Position numbers and translations under genes: made by a program. This document shows, piece after piece, positions 1 through 10,092 of a stretch of DNA of 51,648 nucleotides (positions are counted from its first letter, which is position 1; every line of letters starts with the position of its first letter). A model generated the notes under the pieces. It saw only the letters and a list, made by a program, of their open reading frames with translations. It was not told the DNA's origin and did no database searches. This DNA comes from Clostridia bacterium (GTDB lineage: Bacteria; Bacillota; Clostridia; Oscillospirales; CAG-272), in the NCBI GenBank assembly GCA_017482495.1, contig JAFUMU010000034.1, forward strand, positions 1 to 51,648, written 5' to 3'.

Positions 1-287
1 CCCCCCTTGCCATCAAGGAAAGCGGAGTTCAGCTTGTTATCGCAAAGAGCTTTGCAAGAATATTCTATCGCAACTCCATCAATATCGGTCTTGCAATATT
101 CGAATGCCCCGAGGCAGCTGAAAAGATCGGCGACGGCGACACCGTTACCGCTGATGCAGATACAGGCATCATTACTAACCTCACCACAGGTGAGACCTTC
201 CACACCAAGCCCTTCCCCGAATTTATCGGCAAGATAATCGCAGGCGGCGGTCTGGTTGAGTCTATTAAAAACGGAAGCATTAAGTAA
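1..287 (+). CDS. leuD: 3-isopropylmalate dehydratase small subunit, 3' part (truncated by window start)
   Basis: Frame from nt 3 reads PLAIKESGVQLVIAKSFARIFYRNSINIGLAIFEC...PFPEFIGKIIAGGGLV, stop TAA 285-287. SFARIFYRN is the LeuD signature; directly upstream of leuB. Confidence 0.93.
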   Translation, partial: PLAIKESGVQLVIAKSFARIFYRNSINIGLAIFECPEAAEKIGDGDTVTADADTGIITNLTTGETFHTKPFPEFIGKIIAGGGLVESIKNGSIK

Positions 288-293
288 TTTATC

Positions 294-464
294 AGGAGGA
301 ACCTTTTAAGGAAAGGTTCCTCCCGAACCCACCTCCAAACCTTTTTAAATAACGCGTATAATGCTGTTTGGGGCTTATGCGGCTAAACGGATTTGTAAAA
401 GTAGCCTTACCCAAAAAGGTTTGAAGAGAGCTCGAGAGAAGCTTTCCTTAAAAGTTTCTCTCGA
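294..464. repeat. Core-less copy of the multi-hairpin element: two inverted copies of its right-end module
   Basis: Hairpins ggaggaaccttt-taagg-aaaggttcctcc (295-323) and tcgagagaagcttt-cctt-aaaagtttctctcga (432-464). 294-~395 is the reverse complement of the right end of the 14956-15292 copy (shared atacgcgtt...aaaaggtttgg...ttccttaaaa). Confidence 0.75.
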
Positions 465-496
465 AAAAACACCCTCTCAAAAAACGGAGAACAATT

Positions 497-1564
497 ATGG
501 AAATGAATATAGCACTTCTTCGCGGAGACGGTATCGGTCCCGAGATCGTTGACTCCGCTGTTGAGGTTTTAAAGAAAATAGGAACAAAATTCAACCACAC
601 ATTTAATTTCACCCCCTATCTTATCGGCGGCAGTGCCATTGATGCCTGCGGCGAGCCTCTTCCCCGCGAAACTGTTGAAGGATGTCTTGCATCCGACAGC
701 GTTCTTTTGGGAGCTGTAGGCGGCCCCAAGTGGGACAGTCTCCCCGGCGATAAGAGACCCGAGAAGGCGCTTCTCGGTATCCGCGCGGCAATGGAGCTTT
801 ACACAAACCTCCGCCCCGCCCGTCTCTATCCCGCACTCAGCGAGGACTGCCCTCTCCGCCCCGACATTGCGGCAAACGGATTCGACATTATGATCGTCCG
901 CGAGCTTACAGGCGGTATCTACTTCGGCGACAGAGGCTACAGAATGGGCAAGTACGGCGAGGAAGCATACGACACAGAATGCTACAGCCGAGTTGAGGTT
1001 GAAAGAATTGCAAGAGCTGCATTTGAAGCGGCTATGAAGAGAAATAAGAACGTTATCAGCATAGACAAGGCAAACGTTCTTGAAACCTCCAGACTTTGGA
1101 GAAAAACTGTTCACGAGATCGCAGAGGAATATCCCGAGGTAAAGTGCACAGATATGCTGGTTGACAATGCGGCAATGCAGCTTGTTAAGAATCCCTCTCA
1201 GTTTGACGTTGTTGTAACAAGCAATATGTTCGGCGACATCCTCTCCGACGAGGCTTCACAGATAACAGGCTCCATCGGTATGCTTGCATCTGCATCCCTC
1301 GGCAACACAAAGAGAGGTCTCTACGAGCCTATTCACGGCTCTGCTCCCGACATTGCAGGACAGAACAAGGCAAACCCCATCGCAACCATCCTTTCCGCCG
1401 CAATGATGCTTCGCTATGCATTCTCCCTTGAGGAAGAGGCAAGAGCTATTGAGAGGGCAGTTGACCGCGTTCTTGAGGACGGCATCCGCACACCCGACAT
1501 CTGCCACGGAGACGGAGCTGTCGGCACAAAGGAAATGACAGAAGAAATACTTAAGAGAATATGA
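497..1564 (+). CDS. leuB: 3-isopropylmalate dehydrogenase
   Basis: [50 protein letters not shown] motifs; GGAG RBS. Confidence 0.97.
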   Translation: MEMNIALLRGDGIGPEIVDSAVEVLKKIGTKFNHTFNFTPYLIGGSAIDACGEPLPRETVEGCLASDSVLLGAVGGPKWDSLPGDKRPEKALLGIRAAMELYTNLRPARLYPALSEDCPLRPDIAANGFDIMIVRELTGGIYFGDRGYRMGKYGEEAYDTECYSRVEVERIARAAFEAAMKRNKNVISIDKANVLETSRLWRKTVHEIAEEYPEVKCTDMLVDNAAMQLVKNPSQFDVVVTSNMFGDILSDEASQITGSIGMLASASLGNTKRGLYEPIHGSAPDIAGQNKANPIATILSAAMMLRYAFSLEEEARAIERAVDRVLEDGIRTPDICHGDGAVGTKEMTEEILKRI

Positions 1565-1624
1565 TCATAAAAGGGTAAGCCTCGAAAGAGGCTTACCCAA
1601 GGATACTAAAAGGAGGACGTCCCA

Positions 1625-2830
1625 TTGATAAAAGATATTGAGATGATGCAGAAGGAGCTTGCATCTATCGTTATATTCAGAAACGTTGTTAATAAGGATG
1701 TTCTCAGCAATCTGAGAGCTTACCTTGCCATTGCAAAAACAGATGCCGACGATTGCGACAAGATTCAGCGCTACTGTGATTTTGTATCCTCTCTGTATGA
1801 GCACGGATGCGACCTTGGAGCATACATTGAGGATTCATTGCGCTGTGACGACAATATCTACGTGCGCACCGTTGCCTGTGGCAAGGGGGTACCCGACATT
1901 ATGGACGAGTGCTACAGCGACGAGCTAAGGATATTCTCCCGACTCACCGAAATCACAGCACAGGAGCTTATATACTACGGAGGACTTCCCGACTTCGTTC
2001 CCAGATTTGAGAGCACAAAGAAGGAAATGATCCGCATAATGGGTCAAGCCCTGAGAAACACCTCGAAAAACGGCTACGGCATCTACGCCAGATACGGAAT
2101 GTTCCGTGTTTCCGACAACGCCGAGCTTCTTCCCATACTCTCTCCCGACCCCATCCGACTTTCACATCTTGTGGGCTACGACGAGGAGAGAAACAAGGTT
2201 CTTACCAACACAAGAGCTCTTATAAAAAATGCGCCTGCGGCAAACGTTCTTCTTGTGGGCGACGCAGGAACAGGCAAAAGCTCAACGGTCAAGGCTGTTG
2301 CAAACGAGCTGAGAGGCGAGGGCGTCAGACTTATCGAGCTTCGCAAGGATCAGCTTACCATGCTTCCCGATATTATGGGACACATAGCAAGCAACCCGCT
2401 TAAATTTATTATCTTCATAGACGATCTTTCATTTGCAAGTGAGGACGACGGATTTGCGGCGCTCAAGGCTATCCTTGAGGGATCTGCGGCAGCAAAAACT
2501 CCCAACGCAGTCATCTACGCCACAAGCAACCGCCGCCATATGATACGCGAAACGTTCTCCGCTCGCGAGGGTGACGAGGTGCACCTCAGAGACACACTTG
2601 AGGAAACTCTTTCCCTCTCTGCACGCTTTGGGCTGAACATTCTTTTCTCCAAGCCAAACAAAGCGCTCTTTACTCAGATCGTTACCTCCCTTGCCGCAGA
2701 AAATGGCATCGAAACTGATGAAGCTTCTCTTATGATACGCGCAGAAGCATTCGCTCTTGCCAAGGGCGGCAGAAGCGCAAGAGTTGCAGGACAGTTTATC
2801 GACAGCATCATCGTTGATATGAAAAACTGA
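1625..2830 (+). CDS. DUF815-type AAA+ ATP-binding protein
   Basis: Walker A GDAGTGKSS, Walker B IIFIDDLSF, YATSNRRH and SLSARFGL motifs; TTG start after AAGGAGG. Confidence 0.85.
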   Translation: MIKDIEMMQKELASIVIFRNVVNKDVLSNLRAYLAIAKTDADDCDKIQRYCDFVSSLYEHGCDLGAYIEDSLRCDDNIYVRTVACGKGVPDIMDECYSDELRIFSRLTEITAQELIYYGGLPDFVPRFESTKKEMIRIMGQALRNTSKNGYGIYARYGMFRVSDNAELLPILSPDPIRLSHLVGYDEERNKVLTNTRALIKNAPAANVLLVGDAGTGKSSTVKAVANELRGEGVRLIELRKDQLTMLPDIMGHIASNPLKFIIFIDDLSFASEDDGFAALKAILEGSAAAKTPNAVIYATSNRRHMIRETFSAREGDEVHLRDTLEETLSLSARFGLNILFSKPNKALFTQIVTSLAAENGIETDEASLMIRAEAFALAKGGRSARVAGQFIDSIIVDMKN

Positions 2831-2862
2831 TATAAAACTTATTATATAAAGGAATTAACACT

Positions 2863-4056
2863 ATGCTTACACTTGACAAAGTTTATCACGCAGGATATGT
2901 GCTAAAAAACGTTATCCGCAAAACTGACGTTATAAAGGCTCCCAGGATCAACCCTGAGGCTGACGTGTATCTCAAAACAGAAAATCTTCAGACAACAGGC
3001 TCATTTAAGGTAAGAGGCTCTTATTATAAAATATCTCAGCTTACAGACGAAGAAAAGTCTCGCGGCGTTATCGCCTGCTCCGCAGGTAACCACGCACAGG
3101 GCGTTGCTCTCGCCGCAACAAAGAACGGCATCAAGAGCATAATCTGTCTCCCCGACAGCGCACCCATCTCCAAGGTTGAGGCTACAAAACGCTACGGCGC
3201 AGAGGTCTGCCTTGTTAAGGGCGTTTACGACGATGCCTACAACCGCGCGCTTGAGCTTCGCGACAAGGAGGGATACACATTTATCCATCCCTTCAACGAC
3301 GAGCTCGTTATCGCAGGCCAGGGTACTATCGCTCTCGAGCTTATAGATCAGCTCTCCGATCTTGATGCAGTTGTTGTGCCTATCGGCGGCGGCGGACTTA
3401 TTGCAGGTGTAGCATACACTCTTAAGAACCTTAATCCGAGCGTTAAGGTTTACGGCGTTCAGGCTACAGGCGCTCCCAGCATGGCAAACTCTATCCACGA
3501 CGGCAAGATCGAGCGTCTCGACTCCGTTTCCACTATTGCCGACGGTATCGCAGTTAAGGAGCCGGGAGATCTTACATACGAGCTCTGCTCCAAGTACGTT
3601 GACGAGATCGTAACCGTTTCCGACGACGAGATCGCGGCGGCTATCCTTGCACTTATTGAACAGCAGAAGCTTATCGCAGAGGGTGCAGGCGCTGTATCCG
3701 TTGCGGCTGTTATGTTCAATAAGGTTCCCGTTAAGGGCAAGAAGGTTTGCTGTCTCGTTTCCGGCGGCAACATCGACGTTACCATCCTCTCAAGAGTTAT
3801 CAAGCGCGGTCTGCTTATGAGCGGCAGAAGCTGTCAGCTTACTATCGAGCTTATCGACAAGCCCGGTCAGCTTCTTGACGTTTCCCGCATCATCGCTGAG
3901 CTTGGCGGTAACGTGACCTCCGTTCACCACGAAAGAGCAAACGAAGGCTCCGATGTTAACGGCTGCTACCTGAGAGTTAATCTTGAAACAAGAAACGCTG
4001 ATCACAAGGATCAGATCAAGAAGGCCCTGCTTGACGCAGGCTTCAAGCTCATATAA
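2863..4056 (+). CDS. ilvA: Threonine ammonia-lyase (short form, C-terminal ACT domain)
   Basis: KTENLQTTGSFKVRG PLP-lysine motif, SAGNHAQG, GGGGL, SGGNID, ACT domain DKPGQL. Confidence 0.93.
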   Translation: MLTLDKVYHAGYVLKNVIRKTDVIKAPRINPEADVYLKTENLQTTGSFKVRGSYYKISQLTDEEKSRGVIACSAGNHAQGVALAATKNGIKSIICLPDSAPISKVEATKRYGAEVCLVKGVYDDAYNRALELRDKEGYTFIHPFNDELVIAGQGTIALELIDQLSDLDAVVVPIGGGGLIAGVAYTLKNLNPSVKVYGVQATGAPSMANSIHDGKIERLDSVSTIADGIAVKEPGDLTYELCSKYVDEIVTVSDDEIAAAILALIEQQKLIAEGAGAVSVAAVMFNKVPVKGKKVCCLVSGGNIDVTILSRVIKRGLLMSGRSCQLTIELIDKPGQLLDVSRIIAELGGNVTSVHHERANEGSDVNGCYLRVNLETRNADHKDQIKKALLDAGFKLI

Positions 4057-4071
4057 ACAAGGAGAATTATT

Positions 4072-4443
4072 ATGAACTATATTGCAACAGAAAACGCACC
4101 TGCCGCTATCGGACCCTACTCCCAGGCAGTTGTTACAGGTAATCTTATCTTCACATCCGGTCAGATCGCTCTCGATCCCGCAACAGGCAACGTTGTGGAG
4201 GGCGGCATCAAGGAGCAGACCGAACAGATCATGAAAAACCTCGGCGCGGTTCTCGCTACCGCAGGCTCCTCCTATGACAAGGCTGTTAAGACAACTTGCT
4301 TCCTTGCCGACATCGCTGACTTCGCCGCTTTTAACGAGATCTACGGCAAGTACTTCACAAGCAAGCCCGCAAGAAGCTGCGTGGCTGTCCGTGACCTCCC
4401 CAAGGGCGTTCTCGCTGAGGTCGAGGTTATCGCTGAGGTTTGA
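4072..4443 (+). CDS. ridA: RidA/YjgF family enamine deaminase
   Basis: APAAIGPYSQA, SGQIALDP, PARSCV, LPKGVLAEVE; co-transcribed with threonine dehydratase. Confidence 0.93.
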   Translation: MNYIATENAPAAIGPYSQAVVTGNLIFTSGQIALDPATGNVVEGGIKEQTEQIMKNLGAVLATAGSSYDKAVKTTCFLADIADFAAFNEIYGKYFTSKPARSCVAVRDLPKGVLAEVEVIAEV

Positions 4444-4461
4444 GATTGGTAGATATTTTTT

Positions 4462-4795
4462 AAGGGGGAACTCTCTTTCGCAGAGAGTTCCCCCTTTGAC
4501 CCCCTCAGAGAACTTTGAATAGGGGTAAGCTTAATATGGTGCGCTAACGTTCGCGTCTTCCCGCCCCAATGCTGTGCATTGGGGACAAAGAAAAGAAGAA
4601 GGATATGAAAACGAAAGCTTGTTTTCGTTTTCATATCCTTCTTCTTTTCGCGGCGACTATTGTCGCCTACGGGAAGACGAACTGTCCCTAACCTCTCCGA
4701 ATTCCATTTAGCTGTAGAATATTCTAACCACCTATATAAGCGTTATCCTAAAAGGTTTGGGGGGCGTGGGGGCCTTTCCTTAAAAGGCTCCCCGC
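4462..4795. mobile_element. Multi-hairpin repeat element, copy A (putative non-autonomous palindromic element)
   Basis: Left hairpin 4462-4496; closing stem cgtcttcccg (4554-4563)/cgggaagacg (4670-4679) enclosing three hairpins; right hairpin with ttccttaa loop 4764-4795. Collinear with 14956-15292. Mobility is inferred from dispersal. Confidence 0.7.
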
Positions 4796-4823
4796 AAAAT
4801 CAAAAAAGCCTCCTCAATTACCC

Positions 4824-5330
4824 TCATCGGTTAAAAGCAAACAGCAAAGCGGTGAGGGATAAGAACAGCCCCAAAAGATTTGCTGCCAAGATGTTGATTA
4901 TCCTGTCTGTTATTTTTTTGCTTTGAAAAATTTTTCTCATCAAGGCGTATATCAGTACACCAAAAAAAGTACCGAGAGTATTAGTAATAATATCCGTAAT
5001 ATCACTTGCGCCGATAGCAAAAGCAAGCTGAAGCGCTTCAAATGCAAGACTACATAAAGCTCCGATCAAGACCACCTTTTTCCACGGCAAGTCAAGCATT
5101 TTGAGGTACACACCGAAGGGAATAAAGATAAGCACATTCAGGATGACTTCTCTGGCGTGAAAGCTTCCAACATCTTTGTCATAATAGAATGGAATAAGAT
5201 TAACGTTTCTTTCGCCTGCAAACCAAGGAATATCGTAAAACGAAAACGCCATTTTAAAAAGCACCAGCCAGGCCAATATCAGGCAGTATATTAAAAAGAT
5301 AATTTTAGTTGCATTTATATGTTTTCTCAT
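4824..5330 (-). CDS. VanZ family membrane protein
   Basis: NLIPF, NVLIFIPFG, EALQ, GASDITDIITNTLG motifs; multiple TM helices. Confidence 0.88.
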   Translation of the reverse strand: MRKHINATKIIFLIYCLILAWLVLFKMAFSFYDIPWFAGERNVNLIPFYYDKDVGSFHAREVILNVLIFIPFGVYLKMLDLPWKKVVLIGALCSLAFEALQLAFAIGASDITDIITNTLGTFFGVLIYALMRKIFQSKKITDRIINILAANLLGLFLSLTALLFAFNR

Positions 5331-5384
5331 AATTTAGTTTTAAAGCTCGCGGGTGAGAGTTTATCCTCTCACCCGCAGAGCTTA

Positions 5385-7535
5385 TTAATCTATATAGTAT
5401 TCGTATTTGTAATACTCCTCCGTGTATTGCTCATCACTGAAAAAATGGAAATAGTCGCATTCAGGCTCGAAATCATCAGGATTGGGCATGTATACAACTA
5501 CATTCTTCCATTCCTCGCCGTATTCAGATTTATCAGACGCAATTGAATACTCGATATTTACAATAATGCAGTTTTCAGGATCAAACTCTGTGGACTTCAT
5601 TCCCTTAGCAAGCGCCTTGAAGTCGGCGTCAAGCTCATCAGGAATATTGTAAAGATCATAAAGCTCATAGGTGTTAATTGTCCACTCATTTGTGCCCATC
5701 TGAACATGTATATCGAAATACTTGTCTACAGTATTTTCGTAATCGGAAAGCAACTCGTATAAAACATCCATTTCATCCTTTGCACTGTCATTGATCTTAT
5801 CCATAATAAGCTCAGAGGTTTTGGGAAGAATGTCATAATTTATTTTGAAGCTGACTCTCTTGCTGGTTCCGTCCATAGTATAGCTGATTTCAAAGCCGTT
5901 GGAATCCATTGCATCATTTCTCAGGTTGTCGATCCACTTGTTGAAGTCAACATTCTCTATCTCTTCACAAACAGAGTCATATATCTCCTTCCTGTCTTCG
6001 TCTGTAAGAACGGGGCTGAACCAATATTCTCCTGTGTACACATTAAGTGTACGTACAATGGGATCAGGAAGCTCTACAAACTTATCCTTATATTCCTTGT
6101 TATCGGAAATTATCTCGATTATCTCATTATACTCTGTAAAATCTATCTGTATATTTCTTGTCTTTTTAATTCCCAGACCGGAAACAAAGGAAACCTCCAT
6201 ATATGTGGCAACATATGAGCTTGTTTCGGGATCGTATGTGTCTCTTCCGTAATATGTGCCTCTCTCTGAGAGTTCAACACTTTCTCTCAGCGCCTTAGTT
6301 GCTATTTTAATAGCCGCTTTATCCTCAATTCTGATAGCCGCCGCCTTTTCTGAAGCATATTTATAGAAGCTCACCTCATAGTCGCTGTCGAAGCCGTCGC
6401 TTTCAAGATATATAGCCTTAACATCGTCCGAATCGGGAGTGTAGGAATGAACGTACGCCGCTCCTCCCAGACATACGGCAACTATAAGGACATTAAGTCC
6501 TACAAGTACACCCAGACCGGGAATAGTTTTGGGAATAGATCTGAAGGTCTTCTGCGTAATAAGCTCGTATGCAAAATATACGATTATAGCAATGGGATAG
6601 AGGATTATTGCTGCACCTATTTCAAACTCCATAAGCAGTCCGCAGGTGGTAACACCGCTTATAACAAGACCAACGCATATTCTGATTACATGCTGTGTCA
6701 GCTTTCCGGGAGCAGAATGACCTGCTGTTTCACTCTTTCTGCGGCAGAAAAGGAACACAGCAAGAAGGGCATATATGATCGCAATGACAGTAGAATATAT
6801 GTCACAATCAAGATTATCACGGTAGAGATCATTATAACCGCCTCCGCCGAAAAACATATATATCATCGCCCAGATAACGTTGTATTTGTGACCGAATACA
6901 CCAAAGTTGCCGCCAAGGACGGGAGCGAGCTCTGAAAGTGTCATGGATATCATCGTTATCATAAGTCTGGGCAGGAACATTATAAGTCCGGCACAGGTAA
7001 TATTCGCAACAGGTGTACCTGTGATACTCATTGCCATAATGAGCACGAACACTACCATAGCTGTCTGAGCGGCGATCGTGAAAAGGATATCAAACATTCC
7101 CGCAAGAGACACTATAAATATCTTGGGCATCATCAGATACGTTACAATAGTAGCAATACTGTAGATGACTGTAAGTGCCGCGATCCAAGTAAATATAGCC
7201 GCTATGAAGCTGATGAACATACAGATTCGTGTGTAGGGCAATGAGTGATAGAAGTCGGATGTGCTTCTCTTATTGAATCCACCGAACAACACAAATGTAA
7301 ACACAGGTGCAACTACTATGGGCACAGCCACCATAAAGGAGCACATTGACATATAATCTACGACCTGAGCGGAATAATCGTCAATGTAGTATTCGTATGC
7401 CGTTGCGCTGATATACTGAATAACAGGTATGGCAATTCCGAAAAGAAGGAGAGCGGCAAGGAAAATAACACCTGTAAGTCTTAGCTGACGCAGACCTTCA
7501 ACATACAGTCCGCGGGAAAATAACTTTTTCTTCAT
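5385..7535 (-). CDS. ABC transporter permease with large C-terminal soluble domain
   Basis: Start MKKKLFSRG after AAAGGAGA; about 10 hydrophobic segments; DFYHSLPYTR motif; follows the ABC ATPase. Confidence 0.85.
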   Translation of the reverse strand: MKKKLFSRGLYVEGLRQLRLTGVIFLAALLLFGIAIPVIQYISATAYEYYIDDYSAQVVDYMSMCSFMVAVPIVVAPVFTFVLFGGFNKRSTSDFYHSLPYTRICMFISFIAAIFTWIAALTVIYSIATIVTYLMMPKIFIVSLAGMFDILFTIAAQTAMVVFVLIMAMSITGTPVANITCAGLIMFLPRLMITMISMTLSELAPVLGGNFGVFGHKYNVIWAMIYMFFGGGGYNDLYRDNLDCDIYSTVIAIIYALLAVFLFCRRKSETAGHSAPGKLTQHVIRICVGLVISGVTTCGLLMEFEIGAAIILYPIAIIVYFAYELITQKTFRSIPKTIPGLGVLVGLNVLIVAVCLGGAAYVHSYTPDSDDVKAIYLESDGFDSDYEVSFYKYASEKAAAIRIEDKAAIKIATKALRESVELSERGTYYGRDTYDPETSSYVATYMEVSFVSGLGIKKTRNIQIDFTEYNEIIEIISDNKEYKDKFVELPDPIVRTLNVYTGEYWFSPVLTDEDRKEIYDSVCEEIENVDFNKWIDNLRNDAMDSNGFEISYTMDGTSKRVSFKINYDILPKTSELIMDKINDSAKDEMDVLYELLSDYENTVDKYFDIHVQMGTNEWTINTYELYDLYNIPDELDADFKALAKGMKSTEFDPENCIIVNIEYSIASDKSEYGEEWKNVVVYMPNPDDFEPECDYFHFFSDEQYTEEYYKYEYYID

Positions 7536-7551
7536 TGCAGTATCTCCTTTC

Positions 7552-8445
7552 TCAATCAAGGTTGAAGGTGTAGCCCAAAGCTTCCATTTCGTAGGTGAAC
7601 ACCTCTTCAAGCGTGAGAGGAAGTACGTCAAGAAGTATGGGGTTGAGGGCGGACAGACGCATTACAGTCTCGCTTCTGTCTCCTCTTACTATCATATTTG
7701 TAACAGAACCATGACGGACGCTGTGTACTATGTCAATATCTCCGAATATCTCATTGGTGTAATCGTCACGGAAAGCTATCTGTATCTTAAACTGTGATGT
7801 TTTTAGATTCTGAACATCGCTCTCAAGTACAAGCCCTCCGCGGTGAAGTAGCGCCAGCTGATCGCATGTGTCCTCAAGCTCTCTGAGTGAGTGGGATGTA
7901 ATGATAGCACTTGCGCCTCTGTCAACAACATCCTGACAGATAAGCTTCTTTATATAGTTTCTCATAACGGGGTCAAGTCCGTCGAAGGTCTCATCAAAGA
8001 ATATATAATCAGGTCTTGCGGCAAGAGCAAGTATGGTCACCGCCTGACGGCGCATACCCTTTGAAAAAGTATTTAAACTTTTTCTTGTATCAAGGCCAAG
8101 ATCTGTTGCAAGCTGTCTGAATCTGTCGTAGTCAAAGCCAGGATAGATGGAGCGGTACATTACTGCCATGCGCTCCATGGTCGCTCCGGCAAGATAAAAG
8201 AGCTCGTCAGGTACATATGCTATCTTAGACTTAATTGCAGGATTCTCATATATAGGCTCACCGTCAAGGAGCGCTGTTCCGGAATCTGCTCTGTAAACAC
8301 CGGAAATCGTTCTGAGAAAGGTGGATTTACCTGCACCGTTTGAGCCGACCATGCCATAGATACAGCCTTCGTTTATGGTACAGCTTATGTTGTCAAGCGC
8401 TACAAAATCACCGAAGCGCTTCGTCAGATTTTCAGTTTTGATCAT
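7552..8445 (-). CDS. ABC transporter ATP-binding protein (YtrB-like)
   Basis: GSNGAGKST, FSKGMRR signature, FFDETFDGLD, TSH. Confidence 0.93.
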   Translation of the reverse strand: MIKTENLTKRFGDFVALDNISCTINEGCIYGMVGSNGAGKSTFLRTISGVYRADSGTALLDGEPIYENPAIKSKIAYVPDELFYLAGATMERMAVMYRSIYPGFDYDRFRQLATDLGLDTRKSLNTFSKGMRRQAVTILALAARPDYIFFDETFDGLDPVMRNYIKKLICQDVVDRGASAIITSHSLRELEDTCDQLALLHRGGLVLESDVQNLKTSQFKIQIAFRDDYTNEIFGDIDIVHSVRHGSVTNMIVRGDRSETVMRLSALNPILLDVLPLTLEEVFTYEMEALGYTFNLD

Positions 8446-8461
8446 AACCTATTTCCTTTCA

Positions 8462-8836
8462 TTAATTGTCTGCGGATGAAAATCCTTTTTCCACCGCTTC
8501 TCTTATTTCCTTCTCTGTCACTCCTAAAAGCAACATTTCACGAACAAGCTCCGTAAGCTTGCTAAGATTTCCCTTGGCTGCATCCCTGAGTATTTCTTCT
8601 GCATTATCTGCAATAAAGCATCCTCTGCCGGGTACAGAATGCGCTATTCCTTTGGCATCAAGCTCAGAATATGCTTTCTGTATGGTATTGGGATTGACCG
8701 AAAGCTCAATCGACAAGCTTCGTACCGAAGGAAGCTGATCGCCGGGACTCATTATTCCAAGAGTTATCAGCTTTTCTACCTGTTCTATGATCTGTTCATA
8801 AACCGGAGTTCGTGACATTCCGTCTATTCGGAACAT
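8462..8836 (-). CDS. GntR family regulator, YtrA subfamily
   Basis: PVYEQI, LPSVRSLS, VNPNTIQKAYSEL, PGRG; short C-terminus; heads an ABC operon. Confidence 0.92.
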   Translation of the reverse strand: MFRIDGMSRTPVYEQIIEQVEKLITLGIMSPGDQLPSVRSLSIELSVNPNTIQKAYSELDAKGIAHSVPGRGCFIADNAEEILRDAAKGNLSKLTELVREMLLLGVTEKEIREAVEKGFSSADN

Positions 8837-8858
8837 AATTACCTCCTATTCATCCGTC

Positions 8859-8918
8859 GTAACTGTACTATGTGTCTTAGTACAGTTACAGTATAACAGC
8901 ACATTTTTATCTTGTCAA
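8859..8918 (-). promoter_or_regulatory. Sigma-A promoter with overlapping YtrA-type operator
   Basis: Minus strand TTGACA (8918-8913)-N17-TATACT (8895-8890); perfect IR gtaactgtacta-N7-tagtacagttac (8859-8889) over the transcription start. Confidence 0.85.
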
Positions 8919-8973
8919 GGGGGTAGAAATAAAATTTCTCACATTTAGTGTATGCTAAAAAGTCCACAAGCAA

Positions 8974-8999
8974 AAAAGGCGGGGACAAGCCCCGCCTTT
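8974..8999 (-). terminator. Intrinsic terminator after miaA
   Basis: aaaggcgggg-acaag-ccccgccttt hairpin with A-run on the left (U-tract on minus strand). Confidence 0.7.
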
Positions 9000-9031
9000 C
9001 GAGAAAAACACAATGATCTTCTTAAAACGAT

Positions 9032-9991
9032 TTATTCAACAAATCCTTTCACAGCTTCAACTGCATCATTTACTATATCATCGAAATCCCGCATCCTCTC
9101 GCCGTCGTCGGGATGGATCATAACTGCATCTTTGTATCTTTTGAACCATGTTATCTGCCTCTTGGCATATCTGCGTGAATTCTGCTTTATGCGCTCAGCC
9201 GCCTCCGCAAGAGTCTCCTCACCTGCAAAATAGGGCAGCAGCTCCTTATATCCGATAGCCTGAAATGCAGGTGATCTTTCGCTGATAAGTCCCTTTTCGA
9301 AAAGCATGCGGGCCTCTTCTTCAAGACCGGCGCTAAGCATCATGTCAACTCTTTTGTCGATACGCCGGTAAAGCAGATCTCTGTTTTTAAATTCAAGCAC
9401 GATTATTTTCGCATCGTAAGGAGGAAGATCCTCCTTTGAACGTTTGTCCCATTCGGTTTTTGTTGTGCCTGTTGTTTCAAATATCTCAATAGCTCTTATT
9501 ACTCTGCGAACATTATTGGGATGAGTAGCTTCTGCCGCCTCGGGATCGATCGCCCTCAGTCTGTTATGAACTGCCTCGTTACCTTCCCTCTCCGCCATAA
9601 GCGCAAGCTCTTCCCTGAGAGCATCATCACGCACTCCCTCGGAGTAGCTTGAAATGGACGTGACTGCATCAAGATATAATCCCGTACCTCCGCAAAAAAC
9701 GGGAAGCCTTCCTCGCGCGATTATCTCATCAGCCGTTTTTTTGCCTATATCACTATAATCGGCGCAGGAGAAATCCGAGTCTGGAGTAAGTATCCCCACA
9801 AGATGATGGGGAACTCCGAGGCGCTCCTCCATTGTGGGTGCGGCGGTGCCGATCTCCATTCCCTTATATATCTGCATTGAATCGTTTGAAACGACTTCTC
9901 CGCCGAAACGGAGCGCAAGCTGTACTGCAAGAGCTGTTTTTCCCGAAGCTGTAGGTCCTGCAACAGCTATTAATTTCTTTCTTTCGTTCAC
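9032..9991 (-). CDS. miaA: tRNA dimethylallyltransferase
   Basis: GPTASGKT, DSMQIYKGMEIGTA, GGTGLY, AIGYKE, RRYAKRQITWF. Confidence 0.97.
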   Translation of the reverse strand: MNERKKLIAVAGPTASGKTALAVQLALRFGGEVVSNDSMQIYKGMEIGTAAPTMEERLGVPHHLVGILTPDSDFSCADYSDIGKKTADEIIARGRLPVFCGGTGLYLDAVTSISSYSEGVRDDALREELALMAEREGNEAVHNRLRAIDPEAAEATHPNNVRRVIRAIEIFETTGTTKTEWDKRSKEDLPPYDAKIIVLEFKNRDLLYRRIDKRVDMMLSAGLEEEARMLFEKGLISERSPAFQAIGYKELLPYFAGEETLAEAAERIKQNSRRYAKRQITWFKRYKDAVMIHPDDGERMRDFDDIVNDAVEAVKGFVE

Positions 9992-10092
9992 TTATATCTG
10001 TCCTTTATGATTTATGCAATTGCAGAATATGCATTTCCGCTCTATCATTTTATGCGATTGACTAAGTCTATATCCCCTTATATTTAAAGGCT

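Noticed and set aside
4341-4926. Short ORFs across repeat copy A (likewise 14826-15110 and 35860-36092)
   Set aside because: Frames are not preserved between copies and cross the inverted core; non-coding.
7536-7631. N-terminal extensions given by the ORF track (also for iscU, the AAA ATPase, the OmpR-type regulator, the lipoprotein, pyk and minD)
   Set aside because: They overlap neighbouring genes or lack an RBS; downstream starts with SD sequences or family-typical N-termini were chosen.
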